A stretch of 64,000 nt of DNA from an uncultured Ignavibacteriales bacterium. GTDB taxonomy: Bacteria > Zixibacteria > MSB-5A5 > GN15 > FEB-12. The position numbers were made by a program, and so were the translations under genes. Where the stretch lies: contig CAZILL010000002.1 of the NCBI GenBank assembly GCA_964540105.1, positions 811,705 through 875,704 of the forward strand, in the 5' to 3' direction. This document shows, piece by piece, positions 16,279 to 26,832 of this stretch. Each line of letters starts with the position of its first letter. The stretch's first letter is position 1. The notes beneath the pieces are model-generated. The model was not told the DNA's origin. It saw only the letters and a program-made list of their open reading frames with translations, and did not search any database.

Positions 16279-17991
16279 ATGGAACAGCAAGAACGACTCC
16301 GTCGACTCGGTTGGTTTCTGCCCCTCAGGCTGGCGTCCTACGTCATCTTGATGGCCGTGGTGGCGGTCTGGATGGGTTATCCGCGTTACCTTCAGTTCCA
16401 GGTCATCAGCTATTCAATTTGCACACTGGCCTTTACGCTCTCTTTCGCTCTTGAACGGCGTTTTTCACTTTCGCGGGTCACCCATGTTCTTGTCGCTATT
16501 CAATTCCTTTTAGAGATTTCGCTTGAGGGCGGAATCATCTACACGACCGGCAACGTCAACTCGCCGTTTTCGGCGCTCTTTCTGCTCACGATTGTATCGG
16601 CGGCGCTCGCCTATCGCCTCATGGGGACAATTGTCGTGGCCTCGATCGTTTCTCTGGCATATACCTTCATCATCTGGCTGGGGCTGAGCCAGTCTTCCGA
16701 TTCCGAAATGAATGTGCAGGCCTTGCGAACGATCTTCGCCAGCCAGGACGATGTCTTCTATTCGATATTTCTGCATATTCTGATCTTCTTTCTCATCGCA
16801 TTCATCTCCGGCTATCTCGCTGAACGCCTCAGCAGCCAGGACAAGCGCCTGGCCGACGCGTCACACGCTCTCAAGCTGGCCCGGCTGGAGACGGATGATA
16901 TTCTCCGCCATGTCAACTCCGGATTATTGACCATCGATTCAAGCGGGCACGTCATCTACTTCAATCATGCTGCCGAACGCATCCTGGGGTATCGGGAAGA
17001 GGAGGTACGTGGGCTGGCATGTGAGCAGGCTTTTGCCGAACGAATGCCGGTTCTTGCCCAACGACTCAAAGAAGGAATTCAGCAGGGGATAGAGCACCCC
17101 CGCCGCGAGATCGAAATCATTAATGCCGATCGTATACCGATTCCGCTTGGACTTTCCACGTCGATTCTTATGGGTGAAAGTGGTCTCGTGCGAGGCGTGA
17201 TTGCCATCTTCTCCGATCTCACCGAGGCTAAGGCGCTTGAAGCGAAAGTACGCGCCGCCGACCGGTTGACCGCGGTGGGCGAGCTCTCGGCGTCGATTGC
17301 CCACGAAATCCGAAATCCCCTGGCCGCGATTTCCGGGTCGGTCGAAGTTCTCAACAATGAACTGCAACTAACGGGTGAGAACGCCCGCCTGATGAATCTC
17401 ATCATCAAAGAATCCTCGCGGCTCAACAAAATCCTCTCGGACTTCTTGTCGTATGCCCGGGTCGATCGGCCCACGTACGACAAGGTTGAACTCTGCCACA
17501 TTGTTTCCGAAGTCATTGAGCTGCTGTATCATCAGGGGGAATTCAAGGATAACGTGAGCATCCGCTTTGACAGTGCGGAATCAATCGTGTATGTCATCGG
17601 CGATGGCAACCTGTTCAAGCAGTTGCTGATGAACCTGATGTTGAACGCTTGCGAGGCTTTTGAGGGGAAAAGGGGAGAGGTTGTCGTAAAGCTTGAGACG
17701 CGAACTTCATCAAGAACAGTTCTTCTTTCGGTTAGTGACAATGGCCCCGGCATCCCGGAGTCTCGTCTCGAAAGAATCTTCCAACCCTTCTACTCGACCA
17801 AGAAACACGGCACGGGTCTGGGACTCGCGATTGTTCACAGAATCTGCGCAGCCCTGCGAGTGAACACACATGTACACTCTCGTGTCGGGCAGGGGACGGC
17901 GTTCGTTCTCGAACTGCAGCGATACTCGCAGGATACTCCTCTCGAACACTACGGCAACGACGCCCCGGCTCTTCAGATCACTCACTCCTGA
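16279..17991 (+). CDS. PilS-like sensor histidine kinase (polytopic N-terminus, PAS, HisKA, HATPase)
   Basis: There are about 6 N-terminal TM helices and a PAS segment ILRHVNSGLLTIDSSGHVIYFNHAAERILGY. The H-box is SASIAHEIRNPLAAISG, and the ATPase boxes are LMNLMLNACEA, DNGPGIP and GTGLGLAIVHR. I moved the start from 16240 to ATG 16279 so that the hairpin at 16246-16272 is not coding. Confidence 0.85.
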   Translation: MEQQERLRRLGWFLPLRLASYVILMAVVAVWMGYPRYLQFQVISYSICTLAFTLSFALERRFSLSRVTHVLVAIQFLLEISLEGGIIYTTGNVNSPFSALFLLTIVSAALAYRLMGTIVVASIVSLAYTFIIWLGLSQSSDSEMNVQALRTIFASQDDVFYSIFLHILIFFLIAFISGYLAERLSSQDKRLADASHALKLARLETDDILRHVNSGLLTIDSSGHVIYFNHAAERILGYREEEVRGLACEQAFAERMPVLAQRLKEGIQQGIEHPRREIEIINADRIPIPLGLSTSILMGESGLVRGVIAIFSDLTEAKALEAKVRAADRLTAVGELSASIAHEIRNPLAAISGSVEVLNNELQLTGENARLMNLIIKESSRLNKILSDFLSYARVDRPTYDKVELCHIVSEVIELLYHQGEFKDNVSIRFDSAESIVYVIGDGNLFKQLLMNLMLNACEAFEGKRGEVVVKLETRTSSRTVLLSVSDNGPGIPESRLERIFQPFYSTKKHGTGLGLAIVHRICAALRVNTHVHSRVGQGTAFVLELQRYSQDTPLEHYGNDAPALQITHS

Positions 17992-18060
17992 TCTTTTTGG
18001 GCTTGCTTTTCTCCCCTCGTTGTATAATTTGTGAGCCTTGATTGACCCCCGACGGAGACT

Positions 18061-19821
18061 ATGATGATGCGTTCGTTCTTTCTTCTTCTGACAATAGCCG
18101 CCACTCTCTTCTTGACCACGATTTCGTGTCAATCCCCTCCCGCTCTGAGCGAAGAAACAGCCCCTGCTTCCACTTTCCCAATCGCGACGGCCGATCACGA
18201 CTATGTGCTGACCGCCGATCAGTACTATTCCAAGCTTAACAAGAGCGATGTGCAGCTCACAGGCGGTTATCTAACACGTGCAGCGATCGACGGCTTTCGC
18301 GATAGTCTCTTAGTCGACACGCTCCTGGGCTTCGAGGCCGATCAGCTCGATCTGAGCAAATACTACTACGATCTGTGGGATTACCGCCTCCAGTACCAAT
18401 CGCTCCTGATCCAGGTGTATCTGGAGAAGAACGTGTACAGCAAAGTTGCCGTTGATAGCTCCGAGATTCCCGGGTTTCATAAGAGTCGGGCAGACCTGTT
18501 TTCGTCGGACGATGAGGTCAAACTCTTCCAGATCCTTGTGCTTCCCTCAGTGCTCAGGGACGGCCGGGATTCGCTGCATTATCGTTCTCTCGATAAGGAG
18601 GAGTTCGAAGCCCAGGTCAGGGATTACGCGTTCACCCTCTACGATTTGATCCAGATGGGAGAGCCCTTACAGAATGTCGCTCTTCAGTATTCTCACGATA
18701 TAGATTCCAAAAACAAGGGCGGGTTTGTCGGGTGGGTTCCCCGCGGTCGATATCATCCCCCCTTCGATTCCGTCGCCTTCAACCTCAAGGCTGGCGAATA
18801 CTCCCAACCATACCGTGACCGCGACGGTTGGCATATCCTGTATGTAGATGACCGGGTCTATGCCGGTCTGTTGCCCCTCGATCGCCCCGATGTCTACACC
18901 TCGGTCTTGCATTCGCTGAAGACAGTCAAGTCTAACCAGATCGGTCGTCGACTTCTTGACAGCCTCCGCGCGTCGCTTGTGGTCGACATGAATGATGCCA
19001 TCATGGACGCTGACATATACTTGGCTGATGATTCGTTGTGGGCGGCGATCGTGAACAAGGCCGACACCATCGACTGCAAGTATGTCAAGAACTACGAGGA
19101 GGACTATCGTCGAGCCTACGACGTTCCGCAGACAACGCGCGCAATCAAGGAAATCATGCTCCGCAACATTGCGGAACGATTCATGATCGCCGATGCGGCA
19201 CGATCGGAACGACTCGACACCACGGCTGCTGTCAGGGAGAAGGAGTACTTCATGAGGCACCGGGCGTGTCGCTCAATACTGGAGCGAACGCGATACACCA
19301 TCGATTGGGCGCCGGGTGATTCCGCGGTCAAGGGATACTACGACGACCATCTTGACGAATTCGTGAAGGCGAAACCGCTGACCATTCAGCGGGTGGTGTG
19401 TTCTGATTCTGTCTACGGAGAGTTCCTCCGCGATCAGGCGATGTCTGGAATCGATTTGGAAGCGTTGGCGAAGAGTCCCACTGAGGGCGTCAAAGTAAGT
19501 CTCCAGTACAAGGGTGCGACGCCTGTTGGTCCGGGTGATCTGTCTCCGGAGCTCTACAACGCGGCGGTGGGGCTCGGAATCGGCGACATCTCGCATCCGA
19601 TACGACACGGCCGTTCTTTTTCTGTCATGAAGTGTCTTGAGCGATCTGATGCCCAGGATTTTGAGCACGCACGAACCCAGATTACTACTCGCCTCGCGCT
19701 CCAGCATCGGGAGGAGGAGCTCCTGTCCCACAGAGATCGTCTGTTTGGCAAGTATCATGTGAATTTCCCGAGACAGTTGAAGTCGGTCCACCTGAAGCCG
19801 TTCATCGATCGCAATAACTGA
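18061..19821 (+). CDS. SurA/PrsA-like periplasmic chaperone with parvulin-type PPIase domain(s)
   Basis: 586 aa with a signal peptide. The parvulin pattern is VKLFQILVLP...GGFVGWVPRGRYHPPFDSVAFNLKAGEYSQPYRDRDGWHILYVDDR. A second, more degenerate parvulin-like segment lies near the C-terminus (LTIQRVVCSD...GDISHPIRHGRSFSVMKCLE). Confidence 0.75.
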   Translation: MMMRSFFLLLTIAATLFLTTISCQSPPALSEETAPASTFPIATADHDYVLTADQYYSKLNKSDVQLTGGYLTRAAIDGFRDSLLVDTLLGFEADQLDLSKYYYDLWDYRLQYQSLLIQVYLEKNVYSKVAVDSSEIPGFHKSRADLFSSDDEVKLFQILVLPSVLRDGRDSLHYRSLDKEEFEAQVRDYAFTLYDLIQMGEPLQNVALQYSHDIDSKNKGGFVGWVPRGRYHPPFDSVAFNLKAGEYSQPYRDRDGWHILYVDDRVYAGLLPLDRPDVYTSVLHSLKTVKSNQIGRRLLDSLRASLVVDMNDAIMDADIYLADDSLWAAIVNKADTIDCKYVKNYEEDYRRAYDVPQTTRAIKEIMLRNIAERFMIADAARSERLDTTAAVREKEYFMRHRACRSILERTRYTIDWAPGDSAVKGYYDDHLDEFVKAKPLTIQRVVCSDSVYGEFLRDQAMSGIDLEALAKSPTEGVKVSLQYKGATPVGPGDLSPELYNAAVGLGIGDISHPIRHGRSFSVMKCLERSDAQDFEHARTQITTRLALQHREEELLSHRDRLFGKYHVNFPRQLKSVHLKPFIDRNN

Positions 19822-19822
19822 T

Positions 19823-20452
19823 ATGCTTGTCGGCACAGGGGAACCGGCTCAGCAGATCAGTTTCCGACGGGAGTTAGCTCGCAAAGCAACCCATATGGGG
19901 GCTTTGACTATTCCGATCGGCTACTATGTTCTGGATCTTCAGAAATGGCAGATGTTCACGGTCATGGTCGTGGCGACCGGGCTTATGGTCGCGATCGATA
20001 TCGCCCGTCTTAGAAACTGGGCTTTGTGGAGCGGCTTTGTTAAGGGACTCATCGCGCCGATAGTCCGAGAGCACGAAAAACGAGGGGATTTCACAGGAGC
20101 GACGTATCTGCTGCTATCGGCGTGTGCGACGATCGCCATGTACGATCGCTCGATAGCTATTGCCGCCCTTGCGTTTATCATCGTCGGAGATTCCTTTGCC
20201 GCCGTCATCGGCCGCCGATTTGGCGCTCACCGCTTTCGAAACAAATCACTCGAGGGCTCGCTTGGTTGCCTTCTCGGAACACTGATTGTTGCTTTTGCCT
20301 CCCCCGGCCTGCCACTTTACATCGCGATCATCGGAGCCTTCATAGCCACGCTTGTCGAAGCGTTTCCGTTCGGCGTTGATGATAACGTTTCTGTACCGAT
20401 TTTATCGGGATTGTCGATGACTATCATTCAAAAAACATCGCTCTTCTGTTAG
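19823..20452 (+). CDS. CTP-dependent polyprenol/diacylglycerol kinase family membrane protein (SEC59/DGK1/VTE5-like)
   Basis: 209 aa with ~6 TM helices. The motif IIVGDSFAAVIGRRFGAHRFRNKSLEGSLG is typical of this family. Confidence 0.6.
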   Translation: MLVGTGEPAQQISFRRELARKATHMGALTIPIGYYVLDLQKWQMFTVMVVATGLMVAIDIARLRNWALWSGFVKGLIAPIVREHEKRGDFTGATYLLLSACATIAMYDRSIAIAALAFIIVGDSFAAVIGRRFGAHRFRNKSLEGSLGCLLGTLIVAFASPGLPLYIAIIGAFIATLVEAFPFGVDDNVSVPILSGLSMTIIQKTSLFC

Positions 20453-20541
20453 TTTTTTGTAGCGTCGGGGCAGCGGAATGCGTATAATAGCTAATGAGAG
20501 CGGGAATGATTCAAACGCCACCAAAGCATTGGAGGTAGTTC

Positions 20542-20748
20542 ATGTCAAAAGGCAAGGTAAAGTATTTCAACGACCAAAAGGGTTGGGGTATAATAACTTG
20601 CGACGGCACGGAACAGGACATTTATGTCCATCACACTGCCATTAACATGCCGGGGTATCGGACGCTCCGGGAGGGGCAGGAAGTTTTCTGTGAGGTAGCC
20701 TCGAGCGACAAGGGACCGAAAGCTCACAACGTCACAGTAGTCCAGTAA
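20542..20748 (+). CDS. cspA: cold-shock protein (CspA family)
   Basis: 68 aa with GKVKYFNDQKGWGIIT (RNP-1-like) and DIYVHHTAI (RNP-2-like). A GGAGG SD lies 7 nt upstream. Confidence 0.92.
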   Translation: MSKGKVKYFNDQKGWGIITCDGTEQDIYVHHTAINMPGYRTLREGQEVFCEVASSDKGPKAHNVTVVQ

Positions 20749-20772
20749 CGTACTCACCATTCACCAGACTTG

Positions 20773-20802
20773 GGTCGTCCATCAACGGGCGACCTTTTTT
20801 TT
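20773..20802 (+). terminator. rho-independent terminator of csp
   Basis: GGTCGTCC (20773-20780), loop ATCAAC, GGGCGACC (20787-20794). This is an 8-bp stem with one G-U pair, followed by T8 (20795-20802). Confidence 0.8.
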
Positions 20803-20869
20803 GTGCGCGAGGGGATGGCGGAACAGGAATTGGCTTTATCGACCTCGGTGTTTTGGTATATTGGGACTC

Positions 20870-21898
20870 ATGAAAACGATCGATCTACGGTCCGACACGG
20901 TCACAAAGCCGTGCTCAGCAATGCGCCAGGCGATGGCCGCTGCCGAAGTGGGCGACGACGTTCTCGGCGACGACCCAACCGTTCAGGAATTGGAGCGACA
21001 TGTCGCGTCGCTTTTTGAACAGGAAGCGTCGCTGTACGTCCCGTCCGGAACAATGGCCAATCAGATTGCCCTCAAGGCCGGTTCCGAGCGAGGTTGGGAG
21101 CTTCTGTGCGATCGCGAGTGCCATGTTGTCAACTATGAGTGTGCCGGTCCGGTTATTCACTCGCAATTGCTGGTTAATCTTCTCACCACAGATCGCGGAA
21201 TGATCAGCGCTGCTACTGTCAGAGAAAACGTTCGTACCAAAGGGATTCACATCCCCGAGACCAGAATAGTGGCTCTCGAGAATACCCATAACCGTCACGG
21301 GGGAACGATTCTTCCGCAGGAGGAGATCGTCGAGGTTCGACGCGTGTGCGACGAATTTGGACTTCGCCTACACCTCGACGGCGCGCGCATTTGGAACGTC
21401 CACGTGGTAACCGGACGCTCGCTCGCAGAGCTGGTTCGGCCGTTTCATTCAATCTCTGTCTGTCTTTCGAAGGGGCTGGGAGCGCCAGTTGGCTCGATGA
21501 TCCTGGGGTCGAAACAGTTCATCGAGAAGTGCCGGAGGGAGAGGAAGTTGTTTGGTGGAGGGATGCGTCAGGTAGGCATTCTGGCGGCGGCAGGACTGTA
21601 TGCCGTAATGAACAATATCAGCCGCCTGACCGATGATCACGCCAACGCTCAACTGCTGGCGCACGGATTCAATTCGATTCCGGGATTCTCAGTCGACCTG
21701 AGCCGAGTGGAGACCAACATCGTGGTCGTGCAGATTTCAGCTGACGGAACTTCGGATGAGATCTGCGCGCGCATGAAAGATGTTGGAGTATGGGCGCTTC
21801 CCTTTGGACGGAAGAAATTCCGATGTGTGACGCATCTTGATGTGTCCCGTTCCGACTGTGAAGAGGCGCTTGCGCGACTCAGAGCCCTGTTTCACTGA
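20870..21898 (+). CDS. ltaE: low-specificity L-threonine aldolase
   Basis: [14 protein letters not shown]...[25 protein letters not shown]...PSGTMANQ, with the PLP-Lys region [14 protein letters not shown]. The start is set at ATG 20870. The tracked start at 20801 would overlap the csp terminator. Confidence 0.85.
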   Translation: MKTIDLRSDTVTKPCSAMRQAMAAAEVGDDVLGDDPTVQELERHVASLFEQEASLYVPSGTMANQIALKAGSERGWELLCDRECHVVNYECAGPVIHSQLLVNLLTTDRGMISAATVRENVRTKGIHIPETRIVALENTHNRHGGTILPQEEIVEVRRVCDEFGLRLHLDGARIWNVHVVTGRSLAELVRPFHSISVCLSKGLGAPVGSMILGSKQFIEKCRRERKLFGGGMRQVGILAAAGLYAVMNNISRLTDDHANAQLLAHGFNSIPGFSVDLSRVETNIVVVQISADGTSDEICARMKDVGVWALPFGRKKFRCVTHLDVSRSDCEEALARLRALFH

Positions 21899-21972
21899 GT
21901 TCTGAGGGGGAAGTGCGCGCCTTCGGAGACAGCGATGCACGAATTCAGGATCATCACACGCACGCTGTTGAT

Positions 21973-23448
21973 ATGATCTCTTCGAAAAAAACCATCCTGC
22001 TTATTCTCGGACTGATAGTTCTTCACATGGCGTTGATCATTCTCTTCGTATTCACACGCAGCATAGATGTCGACGAGGGTTTTTATCTCTCGGCGGCGCA
22101 GCAGGTGGCGCATGGAGCTGTGCCATACGTAGAGTTCTTCTTCCCACAGATGCCACTTCTGGCGAACGTACTGTCGTTCACTGCCGGGCATGGTTTTGAA
22201 ACTTTGTACTATAGCCGAATCATCAGTGCGCTGGTTTCGTCGGTCGCCATGATTTGCTTTGTGATACTTGCTTTACGGGTCGCCCGGCAACGCACAGTGG
22301 CAACTGCCATGATCGGCCTCTACGCCTGCTCCGGATTGGTCGTTTCATGGCACTCAGTGGCAAAGACTTACCCTTGGACTGATCTGTTCTTGCTGGCCGG
22401 ATTCTGGATGCTTCTCAGGATGATGAGTGCGCGCCGATTGAAGTGGGTCATGGCAGCGGCGATCTGTCTTGGGGTCGCCATCGGATTCCGGCTCGTGTTT
22501 GCGGGTCTGATCCCGCTTTACGGATATGCCGTGATCTCTGCTTTCCGGAAGCAGAAGATCAAAGCAGTCCTGTCGTTTTCAGTCGGACTGCTGGTTGTCC
22601 TACTCCCAATACTGCTCACATATCGCTCCGAATTTTCCCGCTTCTATTTTGACAATCTCGGTTTTCATCTCCTTCGGGATTCACAGGCGACGGTTCCCGA
22701 GGCCCTGCTTCAACGATTGTTCACCCTTGTGAAACTGGTCATCTCCCCGCAGATACTCGTTCTTCTCTCTTTTGTTCTGATCGCACTCTACCGAAGTAGT
22801 GAAAGACCACTGAAGATTAGGGAGCTTGTTCAAACACCGGGCGGACTGGCCTCGGGTATGGCGGCAGCGATTTCCGTCATATATGTTCTGCCCAGCCCGA
22901 TTCATCAGCAGTATTTCGAGCAAGTGATTCCGTTCGTGCTTCTTGGACTCTCAGCCGGCCTTCCTTCCCTGAGTGATGATGCCGGGCGTCTTGTCAAGTG
23001 GTCATCGAACAGGACGGTGCGATGGATTTTGGGAGGAGTCTACTTGTTGGGATTCGTCCCGTTTGTTGTAGTGTTTATCGCTGGTACCCGGTACCGAGAA
23101 CGAGCATACAGCCTTCAGAATGTTCGGGAGCTATCCGCGTTTGTGTCGTCGTATCCGCAGCCGGGACCGCTCTATTCCGAATGGGCTGGACTTCCCGCGC
23201 TTTCGGGGCGAGCGTCGATTCGAGGACTGGAATTCATCGGCTTCGATTATCGTATGGATATTGACAGCAGTCGGAAGCGATTCTATCGAATGCCGGTGAA
23301 CGAGGACCTGAGATTGGCATTAGAGTCGAAGCAACCGGCGTTGTACGTGATCTTCGATGACCCCGACCCGGAGCTGGCCGATGTGATCAGTCGTTGTTAT
23401 CGCCTCGAACGCAGCTTCGACCGCTTCCATGTGTATGCCCGCAAGTAA
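21973..23448 (+). CDS. GT-C fold glycosyltransferase (ArnT/PMT, GT39/GT83-like) membrane protein
   Basis: Polytopic membrane protein. The first periplasmic loop carries SIDVDEGFYLSAAQQVAHGAVPY, the acidic-loop pattern of 4-amino-arabinose/mannosyl-type GT-C enzymes. The start is set at ATG 21973, just before TM1. The ORF is open from GTG 21913. Confidence 0.65.
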   Translation: MISSKKTILLILGLIVLHMALIILFVFTRSIDVDEGFYLSAAQQVAHGAVPYVEFFFPQMPLLANVLSFTAGHGFETLYYSRIISALVSSVAMICFVILALRVARQRTVATAMIGLYACSGLVVSWHSVAKTYPWTDLFLLAGFWMLLRMMSARRLKWVMAAAICLGVAIGFRLVFAGLIPLYGYAVISAFRKQKIKAVLSFSVGLLVVLLPILLTYRSEFSRFYFDNLGFHLLRDSQATVPEALLQRLFTLVKLVISPQILVLLSFVLIALYRSSERPLKIRELVQTPGGLASGMAAAISVIYVLPSPIHQQYFEQVIPFVLLGLSAGLPSLSDDAGRLVKWSSNRTVRWILGGVYLLGFVPFVVVFIAGTRYRERAYSLQNVRELSAFVSSYPQPGPLYSEWAGLPALSGRASIRGLEFIGFDYRMDIDSSRKRFYRMPVNEDLRLALESKQPALYVIFDDPDPELADVISRCYRLERSFDRFHVYARK

Positions 23449-23454
23449 GCTCTT

Positions 23455-24195
23455 TCACTTGCGCAGTGAACGGGCGTACTCGCGATTCATCTTGGCGATC
23501 ATCGAAACACTGATCTGTTTGGGGCAGACAGCTTCACACTCGTATTGATTCGTGCAGGCTCCGAATCCCTCTTTGTCCATCTGCGCAACCATGGCCCGGA
23601 CACGATTCTCGCGCTCTACCTTGCCTTGTGGAAGATAGGCGAAATGCGAAACCTTGGCCGCGACAAACAGCATGGCCGAGGCATTCTTACAGGCCGCGAC
23701 ACAGGCTCCGCACCCTATGCAAGCGGCGGCATCCATGGCGCTCTCGGCGTCATCCTTTGGAATCGGAATGGCATTCGCGTCAGGTGTCCCGCCGGTATTG
23801 ATAGAAACAAAACCACCCGCCTGCATGATTCGGTCGAAGGCGGACCGATCGACGACGAGATCCTTGATCACTGGGAAAGCCCGTGCTCGCCACGGTTCGA
23901 TGTAGATCGCATCGCCGTCCTTAAAGTGCCGCATATGCAATTGGCAGACCGTTGTGCCAGGTTCGTGACCGTGCGGAATCCCGTTGATGACCATGGAACA
24001 CATCCCGCAAATCCCCTCGCGGCAATCGTGGTCGAAGTGGATTGGGTCGACGCCCTTCGCAATCAATTCCTCGTTGACGACATCAAGCATTTCGAGAAAG
24101 GACATATGGGAGCTGACATTGTCGGCCCTGTAGACTTCCATCCGGCCTTTATCAGTTGCGTCTTTTTGACGCCAAACATGCAACGTGAGACGCAT
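23455..24195 (-). CDS. sdhB: succinate dehydrogenase/fumarate reductase iron-sulfur subunit
   Basis: Three Cys clusters are present: [11 protein letters not shown] (2Fe-2S), [11 protein letters not shown] (4Fe-4S) and [12 protein letters not shown] (3Fe-4S). Confidence 0.9.
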   Translation of the reverse strand: MRLTLHVWRQKDATDKGRMEVYRADNVSSHMSFLEMLDVVNEELIAKGVDPIHFDHDCREGICGMCSMVINGIPHGHEPGTTVCQLHMRHFKDGDAIYIEPWRARAFPVIKDLVVDRSAFDRIMQAGGFVSINTGGTPDANAIPIPKDDAESAMDAAACIGCGACVAACKNASAMLFVAAKVSHFAYLPQGKVERENRVRAMVAQMDKEGFGACTNQYECEAVCPKQISVSMIAKMNREYARSLRK

Positions 24196-26108
24196 TACTT
24201 GTAACTCCTTTGGGCAAGATGAACGGTTTCGAAGTCGAGCTGCTCCTTATGCAGGACGGGGGCTTTGCCCGGCCCGGAGTATTCCCAACAGGAGGCATGG
24301 CAGAAATTGGCGTCGTCGCGAAGCGCTTCCCCTTCGGAAGTCTGACTCTCCTCGCGAAAATGCCCTCCGCACGATTCAGTGCGGTCGAGAGCGTCGGTGC
24401 ACATGAGTTCCGCGAACTCAAGGAAATCAGCAACCCGGCCCGCTTTCTCCAGCGACTGGTTCATCTCGTTGTTACCGGCCAGGACCGTAACGTTTTTCCA
24501 GAACTCATCCCTGATTTCAGGAATTCGCTTGAGCGCTTTGCGAAGTCCGGCGTCGTTTCGTCCCATCCCGCAGTACTCCCACAGGAGTGTACCAAGTTCA
24601 CGATGAAAGGAGTCGACCGAACGACTACCCTTGACTGACAAAAGCTTCTTTGTCCTCGTGGCCGCTTCCTCTTCAGCCTTCCTGAACTCTGGATGATCGG
24701 ACTTGACCTTTACCTTGCCGTGTGTGGCCAGGTAGTCGCCAATTGTGTACGGAAGCACAAAGTAGCCGTCGGCCAGTCCCTGCATCAGGGCGCTGGCACC
24801 GAGGCGATTGGCTCCATGGTCAGAGAAATTGGCCTCTCCAATTACGTGCAGGCCCGGAATCGTACTCATTAGATTGTAGTCAACCCACAGTCCGCCCATT
24901 GTGTAGTGCGGAGCCGGATAGATGCGCATCGGGGTTTCGTACGGATTCTCACCGGTAATCCGTTCGTACATCTCAAACAGATTGCCGTAGCGCTCCTCGA
25001 TAACGTGCTTGCCCAACCTCTTGATCGAGTCGGCAAAGTCCAGATAAACGCCGAGTCCGCTCTCGCCAACACCAAGGCCGGCGTCGCACACTTCTTTGGC
25101 GCTTCGAGAGGAGATGTCGCGCGGCGCCAGGTTGCCATAGCTTGGGTATTTGCGTTCAAGGTAGTAATCCCGGTCGCTCTCAGATATCTGGCTTGGGCTC
25201 TGCTTGTTCCCTTTCGTTCTGGGAACCCAGACTCTACCGTCATTGCGCAGCGATTCCGACATGAGCGTCAGTTTGGACTGGTAGTCACCGCTGACCGGAA
25301 TACAGGTAGGGTGAATCTGCGTAAAGCACGGATTTGCAAACAGGGCGCCCTTCTTGTGGGCGCGGTAAATGGCGGTAACATTGCACCCTTTAGCGTTCGT
25401 CGAGAGGTAGAAAACGTTGGCGTATCCGCCGGTCCCGAGCACGACCGCGTCACCGGTATGAGCGGTGATCTTGCCGGTCACCATGTCCCGAGTGATAATT
25501 CCCTTGGCGTGGCCATCAATTACCACGACGTCGAGCATCTCCGTTCGTGGATACATCGTGACCTGACCCAACCCGATCTGTCGGGAAAGAGCAGAATAAG
25601 CCCCAAGCAGAAGCTGCTGACCAGTCTGACCTCGAGCATAGAATGTTCGAGACACCTGCGCACCGCCAAACGATCGATTGGATAGGAGTCCGCCGTAGTC
25701 CCGTGCGAACGGAACTCCCTGCGCAACGCACTGGTCGATGATGTTGTTTGAGACTTGCGCCAGACGATAAACATTGGCTTCCCGAGCTCTGAAATCTCCA
25801 CCTTTCACCGTGTCGTAAAACAGGCGGTAGATGCTGTCCCCATCGTTTGGGTAATTCTTGGCAGCGTTAATCCCCCCTTGGGCGGCGATGCTGTGCGCGC
25901 GGCGCGGACTGTCCTGAAAACAGAAGCACTTCACGTTGTAGCCCAATTCACCGAGTGAGGCCGCGGCTGCCCCACCTGCGAGCCCTGTACCCACCACTAT
26001 AATATCGTACTTCCGCTTATTGGCCGGATTGATCAACTTCATCTCAGCCCGATGTTTATCCCATTTTTCTGCAAGGGACCCGGAGGGAATCTTTGCGTCG
26101 AGTTTCAT
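24195..26108 (-). CDS. sdhA: succinate dehydrogenase/fumarate reductase flavoprotein subunit
   Basis: 637 aa. It has the FAD fold [15 protein letters not shown], the covalent-FAD His region [17 protein letters not shown] and the active-site [10 protein letters not shown]. It overlaps the sdhB start by 1 nt. Confidence 0.93.
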   Translation of the reverse strand: MKLDAKIPSGSLAEKWDKHRAEMKLINPANKRKYDIIVVGTGLAGGAAAASLGELGYNVKCFCFQDSPRRAHSIAAQGGINAAKNYPNDGDSIYRLFYDTVKGGDFRAREANVYRLAQVSNNIIDQCVAQGVPFARDYGGLLSNRSFGGAQVSRTFYARGQTGQQLLLGAYSALSRQIGLGQVTMYPRTEMLDVVVIDGHAKGIITRDMVTGKITAHTGDAVVLGTGGYANVFYLSTNAKGCNVTAIYRAHKKGALFANPCFTQIHPTCIPVSGDYQSKLTLMSESLRNDGRVWVPRTKGNKQSPSQISESDRDYYLERKYPSYGNLAPRDISSRSAKEVCDAGLGVGESGLGVYLDFADSIKRLGKHVIEERYGNLFEMYERITGENPYETPMRIYPAPHYTMGGLWVDYNLMSTIPGLHVIGEANFSDHGANRLGASALMQGLADGYFVLPYTIGDYLATHGKVKVKSDHPEFRKAEEEAATRTKKLLSVKGSRSVDSFHRELGTLLWEYCGMGRNDAGLRKALKRIPEIRDEFWKNVTVLAGNNEMNQSLEKAGRVADFLEFAELMCTDALDRTESCGGHFREESQTSEGEALRDDANFCHASCWEYSGPGKAPVLHKEQLDFETVHLAQRSYK

Positions 26109-26109
26109 G

Positions 26110-26832
26110 TTACATAGCCTCCCCGGGAAGTTTCACCAACCCGAGCAGAATCGCTGTCGGCACCGAAGCGTAGCCGACGAAGAAGATTATGCTGATCGCC
26201 GTCCCGAGTCTCTTGAGAGGCGTTTCGCAACGCTGACCGTTCAAACCGATTGATTGAAACATGCTGGCGATGCCGTGGCTCAAGTGGTAGCACAGAAAGC
26301 CGACCGCGATCAGATAGAAAGTCGAAATGTATCCGTTGCGAAATCCCATGATGACCATCGAGTACACGTCGTAGCGACCATGACCGTCGGTTAGATTCGC
26401 AAAATCGGGATTGGTGACACGGGCGGTGAAATGCAGGATATGGTAGACGAAGAAAGCCAGAATCGTGAGTCCGGTTATGATCATCGTGCGAGACGCGAAC
26501 GTAGCCTGAACTGTGATCGGCTTGGCGTATGACACCGGCCGAGCGGCCATGTTCTCGAGTTTGAGAACGGTACCAAGCCAAATGTGCGCTGCAAAGGCCG
26601 CCAGTAAGAAGATGCGAATAACCCACAAGAGTGGTCCAAGCGAGTGGAGAGCTTCGGCATATGCATTTAGCCGATCCTGGCCCAGGAAGATCTGAAGATT
26701 GCCGAGCATGTGACCGGCTACATACCCGAAAGCGACAAAACCGGTCAGTGCCATAAGGATTTTTTTTCCAACTGAGGTTCCGATCAGAAGGGAAGGAAGG
26801 CTCTGAGCCTTGCTCGAAAGAACTGTATTCAT
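26110..26832 (-). CDS. sdhC: succinate dehydrogenase cytochrome b subunit (single-subunit, b558/type-B family)
   Basis: It has about 5 TM helices with conserved His residues, and its stop lies 1 nt before the sdhA start. I prefer the ATG at 26832 (MNTVLSS...); a TTG at 26847 is also possible. The longer 313-aa ORF in another frame is rejected. Confidence 0.8.
   Translation of the reverse strand: MNTVLSSKAQSLPSLLIGTSVGKKILMALTGFVAFGYVAGHMLGNLQIFLGQDRLNAYAEALHSLGPLLWVIRIFLLAAFAAHIWLGTVLKLENMAARPVSYAKPITVQATFASRTMIITGLTILAFFVYHILHFTARVTNPDFANLTDGHGRYDVYSMVIMGFRNGYISTFYLIAVGFLCYHLSHGIASMFQSIGLNGQRCETPLKRLGTAISIIFFVGYASVPTAILLGLVKLPGEAM

Noticed and set aside
20801-20869. N-terminal 23-codon extension of the threonine aldolase ORF
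   Set aside because: It would overlap the T-tract of the csp terminator (20773-20802). Homologues start at [12 protein letters not shown], which matches ATG 20870.
23545-25685. Plus-strand ORFs of 219 aa (23545-24204) and 259 aa (24906-25685)
   Set aside because: They are antisense to sdhB and sdhA, whose Fe-S and FAD motifs are unambiguous on the minus strand.
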